Below are positions 29,533 through 39,104 of a stretch of DNA of 64,000 nt, in pieces. Position numbers and translations under genes: made by a program. The notes beneath the pieces were generated by a model that was not told where the DNA came from, did not search any database, and was given only the letters and a program-made list of their open reading frames with translations. This stretch comes from an uncultured Holophaga sp. (GTDB lineage Bacteria; Acidobacteriota; Holophagae; Holophagales; Holophagaceae). The stretch is from positions 3,264,001 to 3,328,000 of the forward strand of contig OY761614.1 of NCBI GenBank assembly GCA_963664825.1, read 5' to 3'. Numbering within the stretch: position 1 is the first letter of the stretch; each line of letters opens with the position of its first letter.

Positions 29533-29645
29533 CTACGCTTGGAGTGCTCCATCGCGCGGAATATTACACTTCTCAACCAAGTATAAGAGGATAGATCCCA
29601 GGTCTCGGGTATCAGACAACCCCCAGCTATACAGGAGGAAGGACC

Positions 29646-31034
29646 ATGGCGAACCCGAATCCCTTTATGGCACCGAAATCGCCCTCGGTTGAGGATGAGG
29701 ACCCCCTGTCCCCGTCTGATGTGCTCGCCGGCGAAAATTACCCAGAATTGAAACTGCGGATGCCCTCGGAGGCCAAGGGCCGGGACGCCGCTCCTCCCGC
29801 AGTCCGGCAGGAGGATGAGAATCTCCCCGGTGAGACCGAAGAGGGCCCGGCCCAGGAGCGTTCCCCGGAGGCCTGGCAAGCGCATCTGGTCCAGTTCCTG
29901 AAAGAGGGCCGGATCTCGGTCTTCACCCGGGGCGCCGAGCAACTGATGGAAGGCCTCGAATCCGATCGGATCGAGACCCGCCGCTGGTCCCTGGAGACCA
30001 TCCGGGCCCTGGCCGAGGCCGATACCCATGCCCTCATTCCCCTCGCCACTCTCGCCCTCTTTCTCGGCGCCACGGGACGCTGCCTGAACACCGAAGCCGA
30101 CGAGGCCCTTCAAACCCTGGCCGAGGACTGCACGGCCCTGCTGCTGGGAGCGGTGGCGACCGCGGGAGACCTGGAGGGGGCCTGCAGCCAGCTGGCGCGG
30201 ATCATCCGCTACGCCGGGGCTGGGGGGCCCGCACTGCGGAAGCGCCTTCTCGCCTCGAAGGATCTGGGCCTCATCCCCCTGCGTCGCTATTTCAGGGAAG
30301 GCCGCGCCATTCTGGAGAGCCTCATCCTGCCCCTATTCCGAATGGCGGGCTCGGACGGCTGCCGCGGCCTGATCCGGCACCTGGAGGGCGAAGAAAACCG
30401 CCAGCGCCGGAGCCGCATCCTGGAGCTCCTGAAGGCGCTGGGGCCCATGAGCGGCGAACCGGTGAAGGAGGCCCTGGGCGCGGAGGCCTGGTACCTGGTC
30501 CGCAACGGCCTGAACCTGCTGGGGGAGCTCGGGGATCCGGATTCCTTCGAGACCGCCAGCCGCTTCCTGGAACACCCGGATCTCCGCATCCGCCGGGCCG
30601 CCATGCGGGCCTTCTGGAAGACGGGGGGGCTCCGCGCGGCTCCCTATCTCGTCGATCTCCTGCCCCGGTGCGACCCGGAAACCCAGGGCGATATCCTGGT
30701 GGGCCTGGCCCAAATCCGCGCCTCCTCGGCCGTGCCCGCCATCGCGGGCTTCGCCCTCCAGGCCGAGGAAGCCCTCCGGGTCAAGGCCATCGAGGCCCTG
30801 GGCCAATTGGGGCAGACGAGCGCCCTTCCCGCGCTGGCGGGGTTCCTGGAACAGAAGGGGCGGCTCCACAAGATCCGGCAATCCGCGCCCGTGCGGGAAG
30901 CCGCCGCCAAGGCACTGGTGGCCCTCGGAACCCCCGAGGCCCATGGCGTCCTAGCCCAGGCCATCCAGGAAGCGCCCCGGAATGGGGACCGGGAGACCCT
31001 TCAAAAGATCCTGGGCTCGCGCACCTGGGCCTGA
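29646..31034 (+). CDS. HEAT-repeat protein (paralogue A)
   Basis: WYLVRN.L.LLG, D.RIRR.A..A, LR.KA.EALG, VREAAAKAL repeats. Confidence 0.85.
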   Translation: MANPNPFMAPKSPSVEDEDPLSPSDVLAGENYPELKLRMPSEAKGRDAAPPAVRQEDENLPGETEEGPAQERSPEAWQAHLVQFLKEGRISVFTRGAEQLMEGLESDRIETRRWSLETIRALAEADTHALIPLATLALFLGATGRCLNTEADEALQTLAEDCTALLLGAVATAGDLEGACSQLARIIRYAGAGGPALRKRLLASKDLGLIPLRRYFREGRAILESLILPLFRMAGSDGCRGLIRHLEGEENRQRRSRILELLKALGPMSGEPVKEALGAEAWYLVRNGLNLLGELGDPDSFETASRFLEHPDLRIRRAAMRAFWKTGGLRAAPYLVDLLPRCDPETQGDILVGLAQIRASSAVPAIAGFALQAEEALRVKAIEALGQLGQTSALPALAGFLEQKGRLHKIRQSAPVREAAAKALVALGTPEAHGVLAQAIQEAPRNGDRETLQKILGSRTWA

Positions 31035-31140
31035 ATTCTGTGCAGTTGGTCCCGGAATAGCGCATCATCGGCGGGTTGGCAAAAACGACCCGCGTGGTCT
31101 GCCGTACAATGTCCTGGATATCCATGGAGGTCGACCCGAG

Positions 31141-31824
31141 GTGATTGGCGTATTGAAGCCCTGGCGCGAGGCCTGCGAGGCGGGCCTGCGGGCCCACTCC
31201 GAAGCCGATGCCATCCGGTTCTGGAGGGTGTCCCACGAAACCGAGGAAGGCCCCCAGGCCATCTTCGATTACCGCTTCGAGCACACCCTCGCGGTGGTGA
31301 AGCTGGCCCGCTGGCTCGCCCAGCGGACCGGCGCTGATCTGGAGATCCTCGAGTGCGGAGCCTGGCTCCACGATTGCCGCAAGCTGCTCAACACCCCCGG
31401 CGGCAAGGACACCCACGCCCGGGACGCCGCCGAGGCGCTGGAGGGCATTCTCGAGGGTTCGGATTTCCCCGTCGCCAAGCTCCCGGCGGTGAAGCAGGCC
31501 ATCCTCCAGCATGTGGGTCTGAGCCTTGCGCACCCCTTGGAGCCCCTGGAGGCCGCCTGCCTGTGGGATGCCGATAAGCTGAGCAAGCTCGGAGCGGCCA
31601 GCCTGGTTCACTTCGGCTGCATCAGCGGAGGCTTCGGCCCCGTCGACACCGCCCATATCCTGGAACGGGGCCAGCGCTGGCTCGAACTCGCCCGGGGCAT
31701 CACGGAGAGTCTGAACACCCCCATCGCTCGCGAAGAAGGCCAGCGCCGTTACCGCTTCCTCGTCCAGCACTACGCCCAGCTGCGGCGGGAGTGGAGCGAC
31801 CCCATGCAGGAGAGCCTGCCGTGA
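31141..31824 (+). CDS. HD-domain metal-dependent phosphohydrolase
   Basis: EHT...LHD...H...WDADKL; GTG start after GGAGG. Confidence 0.88.
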   Translation: MIGVLKPWREACEAGLRAHSEADAIRFWRVSHETEEGPQAIFDYRFEHTLAVVKLARWLAQRTGADLEILECGAWLHDCRKLLNTPGGKDTHARDAAEALEGILEGSDFPVAKLPAVKQAILQHVGLSLAHPLEPLEAACLWDADKLSKLGAASLVHFGCISGGFGPVDTAHILERGQRWLELARGITESLNTPIAREEGQRRYRFLVQHYAQLRREWSDPMQESLP

Positions 31825-34043
31825 ACTTCATCGACCTCGTGCAGGCCCTGCAAATGACCCTCAAGGCCCTGCAGATGTACACCGATGCCCACCCCCGGGC
31901 CCAGGAATCCCTGGGCATCCTGGCCCAGGGCCTGTCCGACTGGCTGGAGGAGAAACCCTCCCTCCACATCGCCACCTCCGGCGGCAAGCTCTTCCTGGAC
32001 GGGGCCCCTACCGAGGGCCAGAGCCTGCATACCATCGCCTTGGCCCGCCAACTCTCCGAACGCCAGATCGCCGGTTTCGTTCTCCAGCGCGGCGTGACCC
32101 AGGCCGAGCTCCTGGGGATGCTGAAGATCCTCATCCTCAAGCCCACCAAACTGGAGGAATTGGGGGGGGTGGCCAAGGTCATGGCCGACCAGAGCCTCCA
32201 GCACATCACCCTCAGCCAGACCCAATACAAGGAGATCCGCGAAGGCGAAGCCGAGGGCAAGGGCGATGTGGAATCCGCGGAAGCCCTGGCCGCCCAGCTC
32301 CAAGCCGCCACGCCCCTCCTCGCCGATATCGCCAGCATGCTCCAGCGTTGGCAGGAGGGCCTGAAGGCCGGCCTGGAGAGCCGCGAGGATGCCATGACCC
32401 GGGATCTCGCCTTCCTTGGGCCCATCGCCGAGGAAATGGGCTGGGGAAACGGATTCCCCGCCGCCCCTCAGATCGAGGCCCTGCGCCAGGCCCTGCAGGC
32501 CCTTCCCGGTAAGGCCCTGCTCTCCATGCTGGGGGGGCTCGAGACCCTGCCCGAGACGCCGCCCTCCCTGGGTCTGGCCTTTCAATCCCTGGTCCCCGAA
32601 CTCCTGGGCCATGCGGCCTCTAGTCTCCTCCAAGAGGGCACCTCCTGGGCCGACTTGAAGGATTCCCTCTTTGAACGGATCAAGGCCTCCCCCCAGCGCG
32701 AACTCATGCTGGCCCAACTCCAGGGCCAGGGGCTGGAATCCGAGCGGATGCAAGAGCTTCTGAAGCAGCTCGACTGGGATAACCAGACCCTGGACGAGAA
32801 GGTGAATCGGGCCACCACGGAGGCCGCCCTCTGGAACCTGAGCCCCGATCAGCGCCTATCCTTGCTCCGGGATCTGCTGGACCTGAACCGCCCGGAGCAA
32901 TTCCTCCAGCTGCTCGAACTCTTCTTGGAACAGCTCACCTCCGAGGACGCGGAAAGGCGCCGGGGGGCCGCCAAGGGACTGGCGGCCGTGGCCCAATGGA
33001 TGGAGGAACCCGGTCTGCCCCTGGAAGCCCAGGGGCCGCTCATCCAGGGACTCGTGGCCCACTTCGGCTGGGAGCCCCTCGCCCCCCTTCATGCCATCAC
33101 CACCGAGACCCTGGAAGGCATCCTGGCCTGCCTGGTGAACCTGGGGGAATTGCCCCAAGCCCAGAGCGTATTCCTGGAACTGGAGGGCCTCTGCGCCTTC
33201 CTGGACGATAACCAGGAGTGGCGGGGCCTGGCCCTGGCCAAGCTCCGGGGACGCCTCACGGCCGGGGATCTGATGGGGGCGACCGTGGGCAGGCTCCACG
33301 CCGTGGAGGCCGAGGAGATGCTCACCACGCTCATCCCCTACTTCGAATTCCTGGGGGAACCCGCCGCACGCTACCTGGTCAATATCCTGGGGGAGGAACC
33401 GGATCGCAAGCGCCGTGGGCGACTGCTGGATGTCATCCGGGTGATGGGCCCCATCGCCATTCCCGCCCTCCAGGAGGGGCTCCATTCCCCCACCTGGTAC
33501 TTCGTCCGCAATACGCTCAATCTCCTGGCCGATATGGGCGATGCGGGGCTCCTCAGCGATGTGGAGGCCTGTCTCCGACACGCCGATGGCCGTGTGCGCC
33601 GCTCGGCGGTGCGGGCGCTGTGGAAGCTGGGAGGCCCCGCCGCTGGTGAACCCCTCTTGGCTTGTCTCCCGGGCACCGATCCCGAAACCCAGATGGAGAT
33701 CCTCTTCGGCCTGGGCCAGATCCAGGTCCCCGAGGCCGTCCCCAATATCCTGGAACTGGCCAAGCATGCCGGAACCTCCGAGCGCCTGCGGATCAAGGCG
33801 ATCGAGACCCTGGGCCAGATCGCGTCTCCCGCCGCCGTGCCCGGGCTCCTGGAGCTCATCCGCCGCAAGGGGCGCATCTTTACCAGCGCCGAGGCCACCG
33901 AGATCCGGATCGCCAGCGCCCGCGCCCTCTTGGCCATCGGAACGCCCCAGGCGGAGCTGGGGCTCCGACAGGTGGTGGCCGACGAATCCCGTCACCAGGA
34001 CCGGGACGCCCTCCAGCGGATCCTGGACCTCTCCAAGGCCTGA
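31821..34043 (+). CDS. HEAT-repeat protein (paralogue B)
   Basis: N-terminal MYTDAHP domain; C-terminal WYFVRN HEAT repeats; GTGA overlap with the HD gene. Confidence 0.87.
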   Translation: MNFIDLVQALQMTLKALQMYTDAHPRAQESLGILAQGLSDWLEEKPSLHIATSGGKLFLDGAPTEGQSLHTIALARQLSERQIAGFVLQRGVTQAELLGMLKILILKPTKLEELGGVAKVMADQSLQHITLSQTQYKEIREGEAEGKGDVESAEALAAQLQAATPLLADIASMLQRWQEGLKAGLESREDAMTRDLAFLGPIAEEMGWGNGFPAAPQIEALRQALQALPGKALLSMLGGLETLPETPPSLGLAFQSLVPELLGHAASSLLQEGTSWADLKDSLFERIKASPQRELMLAQLQGQGLESERMQELLKQLDWDNQTLDEKVNRATTEAALWNLSPDQRLSLLRDLLDLNRPEQFLQLLELFLEQLTSEDAERRRGAAKGLAAVAQWMEEPGLPLEAQGPLIQGLVAHFGWEPLAPLHAITTETLEGILACLVNLGELPQAQSVFLELEGLCAFLDDNQEWRGLALAKLRGRLTAGDLMGATVGRLHAVEAEEMLTTLIPYFEFLGEPAARYLVNILGEEPDRKRRGRLLDVIRVMGPIAIPALQEGLHSPTWYFVRNTLNLLADMGDAGLLSDVEACLRHADGRVRRSAVRALWKLGGPAAGEPLLACLPGTDPETQMEILFGLGQIQVPEAVPNILELAKHAGTSERLRIKAIETLGQIASPAAVPGLLELIRRKGRIFTSAEATEIRIASARALLAIGTPQAELGLRQVVADESRHQDRDALQRILDLSKA

Positions 34044-34049
34044 GCCCAG

Positions 34050-35114
34050 ATGCCCGCCACCCCCGAACCCCGGCAACTGATGGAGGCCTTCGAGGCCTTC
34101 ACCGCCGCCAGCGAACAGCTCCAGGAGCGCTACGAATCCCTCCAGGGCCAGCTCAAGCGCCTTCAGAGCGAACTGGAGACCGTCATCGAGGCCGTGCCCT
34201 TCGCCATCTGGGTGCTGGGCGAGGAAGGCGAATTGCGTTTCTCCAACCGGACCGAGGGCATGGCTGGCACCTTCCAGGATGGTCCCCCCCCTTGGGCCCC
34301 CGGCGCTCCCGCGGGGCTTCGCCGCCTCCTGGATGCGGAGGGGCACGAGCGATTTTTTGAACAGGAGAGCCGCCCGACGGGTTCGGGCCGCATCATCACC
34401 CTGCGGGATGTCACAGAGGCCCATCTCCGGGCCCAGCAGGCCACCCGGGAAGAGCGCCTGCAGGCCATGGGCCTCATGGCCGCCGAACTGGCCCACGAGA
34501 TCCGCAACCCCCTGGGCAGCCTGGCGCTTTTTTCGGGGATGCTGGTGGAGGATCTCGCGGAGCAACCCGCCCAACTGGAACTCGCCCAGCGTGTTCAGGA
34601 GGGCGTCCAGCGCATGAATACCCTGGTGACCAATACGCTCACCTTCAGCCGGGATCTGACGCCCAAGGTTTCCCCTTTGCCCCTGGCGGCCTTCTGGGAG
34701 AGCGTCAAGGCCTCCTCGGGCCTTCCCGAGGCCATTGCCTGGGAGAACCGGATTCCCCCAGAGGCCCTCTGGAACGCCGATCCGGACCTGATCCGCCAGG
34801 TGGCCGTGAATCTCCTGCAGAACGCCTCCCGGGCCATGGAGGACCGGGATTCGCCCCGGCTCATCCTCGGCGCCGTCCGGGAGCTCCTGGACGGCGTTCC
34901 CCACTGGCATGTAGTGCTGGAGGACAACGGCTGCGGCATTCCCCCGGAGGCCCTCACCCGCATCTTCGACCCCTTCTTCAGCACCTTCGGAGGGGGAACA
35001 GGGCTCGGCCTGGCCGTGAGCCACCGCATCCTGGTGGCCCATGGTGGACTCCTCCACCTCGAGAGTCGGGCCGACCGGGGCACCAAAGTCCATCTCAGGT
35101 TGCCCGCAGCCTAG
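34050..35114 (+). CDS. Cytoplasmic sensor histidine kinase, FleS/FlrB-like
   Basis: AHEIRNPL H-box, NLLQNA, DNGCGI, FDPFFST, GTGLGL; N-terminal EAFEAF..ASEQL...Y coiled coil; no TM. Confidence 0.9.
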   Translation: MPATPEPRQLMEAFEAFTAASEQLQERYESLQGQLKRLQSELETVIEAVPFAIWVLGEEGELRFSNRTEGMAGTFQDGPPPWAPGAPAGLRRLLDAEGHERFFEQESRPTGSGRIITLRDVTEAHLRAQQATREERLQAMGLMAAELAHEIRNPLGSLALFSGMLVEDLAEQPAQLELAQRVQEGVQRMNTLVTNTLTFSRDLTPKVSPLPLAAFWESVKASSGLPEAIAWENRIPPEALWNADPDLIRQVAVNLLQNASRAMEDRDSPRLILGAVRELLDGVPHWHVVLEDNGCGIPPEALTRIFDPFFSTFGGGTGLGLAVSHRILVAHGGLLHLESRADRGTKVHLRLPAA

Positions 35115-35130
35115 GCTAGGATAAAAGGGC

Positions 35131-37584
35131 ATGATCAACCCCAAGTCCCTGACCACTCTCGCCGAGCTGCTCCATCGAGCACTCAAGGCGCAGTCTCACT
35201 ACGCCCAGGATCATCCCCAGGCGGTGCAGACCGTCGAAGCGGTGCAGGCCTGCCTGGATGGGCTCCTGCGGGAGGAGAGTCCCCTCATCCTCACCTGTTC
35301 CCGGAACAAGCTCTGGTGCCAGGGCCGTTGCCTGGAAGGGGCTCCGAACGCCACCCAGGCCCTCGCGAAGGAACTGGAGAGCCGGAGCATGGGCGGCCTG
35401 GTCTTTCATGCGGGGCTCGACACGGACGAATTGCAGCTCCTCTTTTTCGCCCTCCAGCTTCGCCCCCAGCGCCTTCAGGAGATGGGCGGGCCCGATAGCC
35501 TCTTCCCCGAAGGGAGCAGCCTGCGGGCCCTCCGACTGGAACCCCTCGCCGGGGAGTCTGAGGCCCTGCCGCCCACGGTGGGGGGAGGCCTAGCCCCCGA
35601 GCACCTCCCGCCCCCCACGGTTTCGAGCGCCACTGGCTCCATTCCACTCATTCCCCTGGATGAAGTCTGGGCGGGCACCTTCCCCACGGAAGGAGGTCCC
35701 GCGCCCACGGCTGATCCGGTCCCGGCGCCGCTTCCCACACCCGAGCCTGCGCCCGAGCCCGTGGATGAACCACCTTCCCCGGCGGCCCTCAAGGTCGATC
35801 TCCGCAGCCTCTTCGGCGCGGTGGTCCAGATGACGGCCGTTCCCTTGAGGCCCTCTGTCGACTCACCCTGGTCCTCGGAGCAGCGCGAGGTGCTCAAGGA
35901 ATGCGGTTTCCTCCAACCGGATTTCAGTTCCATCGCTGGCACCAGCGCCCAGCTCGGACTGGGGCGCATGGACCCGGTCACCCTGCGGGATGCCCTCCGG
36001 GGAGCCCTTTCGGCGCTGGACCCCATGACCCAGGGCCACATTCTCCTGGGACTCCCCACCTTCCCTTCGGAAGAGCAGGCCCTCCGTCGCGCCCTGGATT
36101 ACCTGGGGCCCGAACTCCTCGCTACAGCCGTAGCCGATGTCCATGTGCGCCTGGCCCCCTCCCGCTTCACCCTCGCCCTGTTGGTGGCCTCCCTCCTCCA
36201 GTGCGTCAAGGATCGCGAGCTCTCCCTGGAAGCCATCCGCGGACGCCTCCAGTTCGAAGGCTGGACTATCCAGGATGTGGATGCCCTCAAGGACGCCATC
36301 CTCTGGGAATGCCACGGCACCGACACCAAGCTGCGCATGAGTCTCATGGATCGCGGCGTCTTCGAGCTGGATGCCCACCAGGTGACGATCCTCCTCCGCC
36401 AATTGGTACGCGGGAAGCGGGGCGAGGGTCTCAAGGACCTCCTCAACCAGTTGCAGGGCGGCTTCGCCAGCCCGGAGGTGCGACGCCGCCGCCTAGCCTC
36501 CGAGATCGTGGCCGATCTCGCCGAATGCCTAGACGAACCGGCCCTGACTTCGGAGAACATCCTGAGCCTGGAACGGACCCTGCACGAGCACATCCTCCAG
36601 GAGAGCGATCCCCAATCGGGTCTCTGGAGCTGCCAATCCATGGAGGCGCTGCTGGGCCACTGGCTGCGCAAATCGAATTTCGAGGGCGTCTACCGGGAGA
36701 TGCTGGCCCTGGGCGAACTGGCCCTCACACGTACGGAAACGCCCGAATGGAAGGCCCAGGCCGTGCGGGATCTGCTCTTCCGCATCGCGAGCCCCGGCAA
36801 CATGGCCACCCTGACCGATCTGCTCCATAACCCCGACACCCAGATCTCCAGGAGCCAGCTCCATTCCCTCCTGGCCTTGCTGGGGCGCCCGGCGGCGGCG
36901 CATCTCACCATGTGCCTGGAGATGGAAGAGAACGCGGGACGCCGTGCCAACCTCGTCGACGCGCTGCGGGCCATCGGGCGCAACGCGGTGCCGGCCCTCA
37001 AGGAGGCCCTGGCCTCCCCCAATCCCTCCCACGTGCGCAACGCCCTGCTCCTGCTGGGGGAGATCGGCCACAAGCCGGCCTTCCCCGATGTGGCCCTGGC
37101 CCTCGAACATCGGGATCTGCCCGTGCGCCGAGCGGCGGTGGCGGCTGTAGCGGTCCTCGGGGAAGGCTCCCAGGCGGCCCAGGCCCTCTCGGCGGCCCTG
37201 GGGCGTTCCGAACCGGGACTCCAGTTGGAGATTCTCGCGGTCCTTTCGGACCTGAAGGATGCCGTCTCCGTGCCAGCCGTCGCCGAACTGCTGCACAGCG
37301 CCAAGGGTTCCACGGAGGAATCCACCCGGATTCGCCTCCGGGCCCTGGAGACCCTGGGCATCATCGGGTCGCCGGAGGCCATCCCACCCCTCCAGGATAT
37401 CTTCCGAAAGAAGGGCATCCTGGGCGGACGCGAAAGCACGGCCCTCCGGCTCGCCGCGGCCAAGTCCCTGGCGGCCATCAATACCCGCGAGGCCAGGGAG
37501 GCCATTGCCCTGGCCATGGACGGGGAACCCCACGAGGAAGTCCGCGCTGTCCTGCGCCAGTATTTGGTCGGCGGGAACGCCTGA
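35131..37584 (+). CDS. HEAT-repeat protein (paralogue C)
   Basis: N-terminal HYAQDHP domain, Pro-rich linker, C-terminal HVRN HEAT repeats. Confidence 0.87.
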   Translation: MINPKSLTTLAELLHRALKAQSHYAQDHPQAVQTVEAVQACLDGLLREESPLILTCSRNKLWCQGRCLEGAPNATQALAKELESRSMGGLVFHAGLDTDELQLLFFALQLRPQRLQEMGGPDSLFPEGSSLRALRLEPLAGESEALPPTVGGGLAPEHLPPPTVSSATGSIPLIPLDEVWAGTFPTEGGPAPTADPVPAPLPTPEPAPEPVDEPPSPAALKVDLRSLFGAVVQMTAVPLRPSVDSPWSSEQREVLKECGFLQPDFSSIAGTSAQLGLGRMDPVTLRDALRGALSALDPMTQGHILLGLPTFPSEEQALRRALDYLGPELLATAVADVHVRLAPSRFTLALLVASLLQCVKDRELSLEAIRGRLQFEGWTIQDVDALKDAILWECHGTDTKLRMSLMDRGVFELDAHQVTILLRQLVRGKRGEGLKDLLNQLQGGFASPEVRRRRLASEIVADLAECLDEPALTSENILSLERTLHEHILQESDPQSGLWSCQSMEALLGHWLRKSNFEGVYREMLALGELALTRTETPEWKAQAVRDLLFRIASPGNMATLTDLLHNPDTQISRSQLHSLLALLGRPAAAHLTMCLEMEENAGRRANLVDALRAIGRNAVPALKEALASPNPSHVRNALLLLGEIGHKPAFPDVALALEHRDLPVRRAAVAAVAVLGEGSQAAQALSAALGRSEPGLQLEILAVLSDLKDAVSVPAVAELLHSAKGSTEESTRIRLRALETLGIIGSPEAIPPLQDIFRKKGILGGRESTALRLAAAKSLAAINTREAREAIALAMDGEPHEEVRAVLRQYLVGGNA

Positions 37585-37630
37585 GCTATCCTAAGGGTTA
37601 GTGGATCTTTGAACCGGAATTGGAGGAAGC

Positions 37631-38146
37631 ATGTCCCTGCACATGATCGGCCCTGGCGTTAATGCCCCTGATATCGTCAACGCGGTCGTCGAGATCCCTT
37701 TCGGCTCACGCATCAAGTATGAGATCGACCACGTGACCAACCTGGTCAAGGTGGATCGCGTATTGTATTCGCCCATCCACTACCCCGCGGAATACGGCTA
37801 CATCCCCCACACCCTGGCCGATGATGGCGATCCCCTCGATATCCTTGTGCTGATCCAGGGCGCCACCTACCCCGGCGTGGTCATCGAGGCCCGGCCCATC
37901 GGAGCCCTGAAGATGCGGGACGACAAGGGCCAGGACGACAAGATCATGAGCGTGGCCGTCCATGATCCCAATTTCGCCCATGTCTTCGAGCTGAAGGATC
38001 TCGCCCCGCACATGCTGCGCGAGGTGGAGCACTTCTTCCTCACCTACAAGAACCTGGAGGCCAAGGATGTCCAGAGCCAGGGCTGGGTCGGGCTGGAGGA
38101 GGCCCGGGAGATCATCACCCAATCCACCCTGGCCTTCCGTTACTAG
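37631..38146 (+). CDS. ppa: Inorganic pyrophosphatase (family I)
   Basis: KYE.D, DR.L, YGYIP, DGDPLD, DDK, FF..YK. Confidence 0.96.
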   Translation: MSLHMIGPGVNAPDIVNAVVEIPFGSRIKYEIDHVTNLVKVDRVLYSPIHYPAEYGYIPHTLADDGDPLDILVLIQGATYPGVVIEARPIGALKMRDDKGQDDKIMSVAVHDPNFAHVFELKDLAPHMLREVEHFFLTYKNLEAKDVQSQGWVGLEEAREIITQSTLAFRY

Positions 38147-38164
38147 GGAATGATTCACCACCAG

Positions 38165-38206
38165 ACGCGGAGGAGGGCCCCAAGGCATTCCTCCGCGTTC
38201 TTTTTT
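38165..38206 (+). terminator. Intrinsic terminator after ppa
   Basis: ACGCGGAGGA...TCCTCCGCGT stem followed by a T-run. Confidence 0.75.
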
Positions 38207-38241
38207 CAGAGATCTCGGCTGTGAACCCGAGGCGAGGCCCC

Positions 38242-38928
38242 ATGAGCGTGATCTGCTTCGATCTGGATGGAACGCTGGTCAACCCGCTGCCGGCGGTGGC
38301 CTCCTGTGTGCGGAAAACCTGCGCCAACTTCGAGCTGCCCTGCCCGAGCCTGGAGGAGATCCGGCCCTTCATCGGCCCCACGGTCCGAGGGCTCTTCGCG
38401 GAGCGCCTGGGACTCCAGGCCCCCGACCGGTTGGACGAGGTCATGGCCGCCTACTGGGAAATCTTCGGCGAGGAGGGCATCTTCCAGCACCAGGTCTACG
38501 ACGGCGCCCAGATGCTCTTGGGGCGCCTCAAACGCCAGGACCACCAAATTTTTGTGGTGACCGCCAAGCCGGCCCCCTTCGCCCGCCGGGTGGCCCATCA
38601 TCTGGATCTGAATCTGCTGATCGACGAGATCTTCGGTCCGGCCCCCAGCGAGGCCTGGCCGGGCAAGGTCGCCTTCATGAAGGCCCTCTGCAAGGGCGGC
38701 GCCTTCAGCCAGGGTGGCTACCTGGTGGGCGATCGGGGCGCCGATATGGAGGCCGCAAGAGAAGCTCAGCTCCGGCCCTTGGGCGCCACCTGGGGCTTCG
38801 GCAGCCCAGAGGAGCTGCTCCGGCACGGCGCCGAGCGACTATTCGACGGAATTTCCTCTCTGGATGCCTGGTTCGGCCAGGAACTCCCGGGCCCGGAGTC
38901 CCATGATCTGATGACGCGGGCCGAGTAA
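38242..38928 (+). CDS. HAD family hydrolase (phosphoglycolate phosphatase/5'-nucleotidase-like)
   Basis: FDLDGTL, T.K, GDR..D, WGFG. Confidence 0.88.
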   Translation: MSVICFDLDGTLVNPLPAVASCVRKTCANFELPCPSLEEIRPFIGPTVRGLFAERLGLQAPDRLDEVMAAYWEIFGEEGIFQHQVYDGAQMLLGRLKRQDHQIFVVTAKPAPFARRVAHHLDLNLLIDEIFGPAPSEAWPGKVAFMKALCKGGAFSQGGYLVGDRGADMEAAREAQLRPLGATWGFGSPEELLRHGAERLFDGISSLDAWFGQELPGPESHDLMTRAE

Positions 38929-39104
38929 GACTTCATTCAAAACCAAAATCGCCTTGAAATGCGGGCCTCGCACAGGCGACGGGCGGCATTTCGAGTCGCG
39001 GCGCATGTCTTCCTGTTGCCATATCCGCAACTGGTAGTAAAACTGTGCTGAAGAATCCAGACCAGCTGTCCTGAATCCCTTCTGGAACGCTAAGGAGAAA
39101 AGTC

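Noticed and set aside
32856..35186. Long antisense ORFs (776 aa here, others at 11703, 14967, 39174, 55343)
   Set aside because: Shadow frames of GC3-rich genes with no recognisable motifs.
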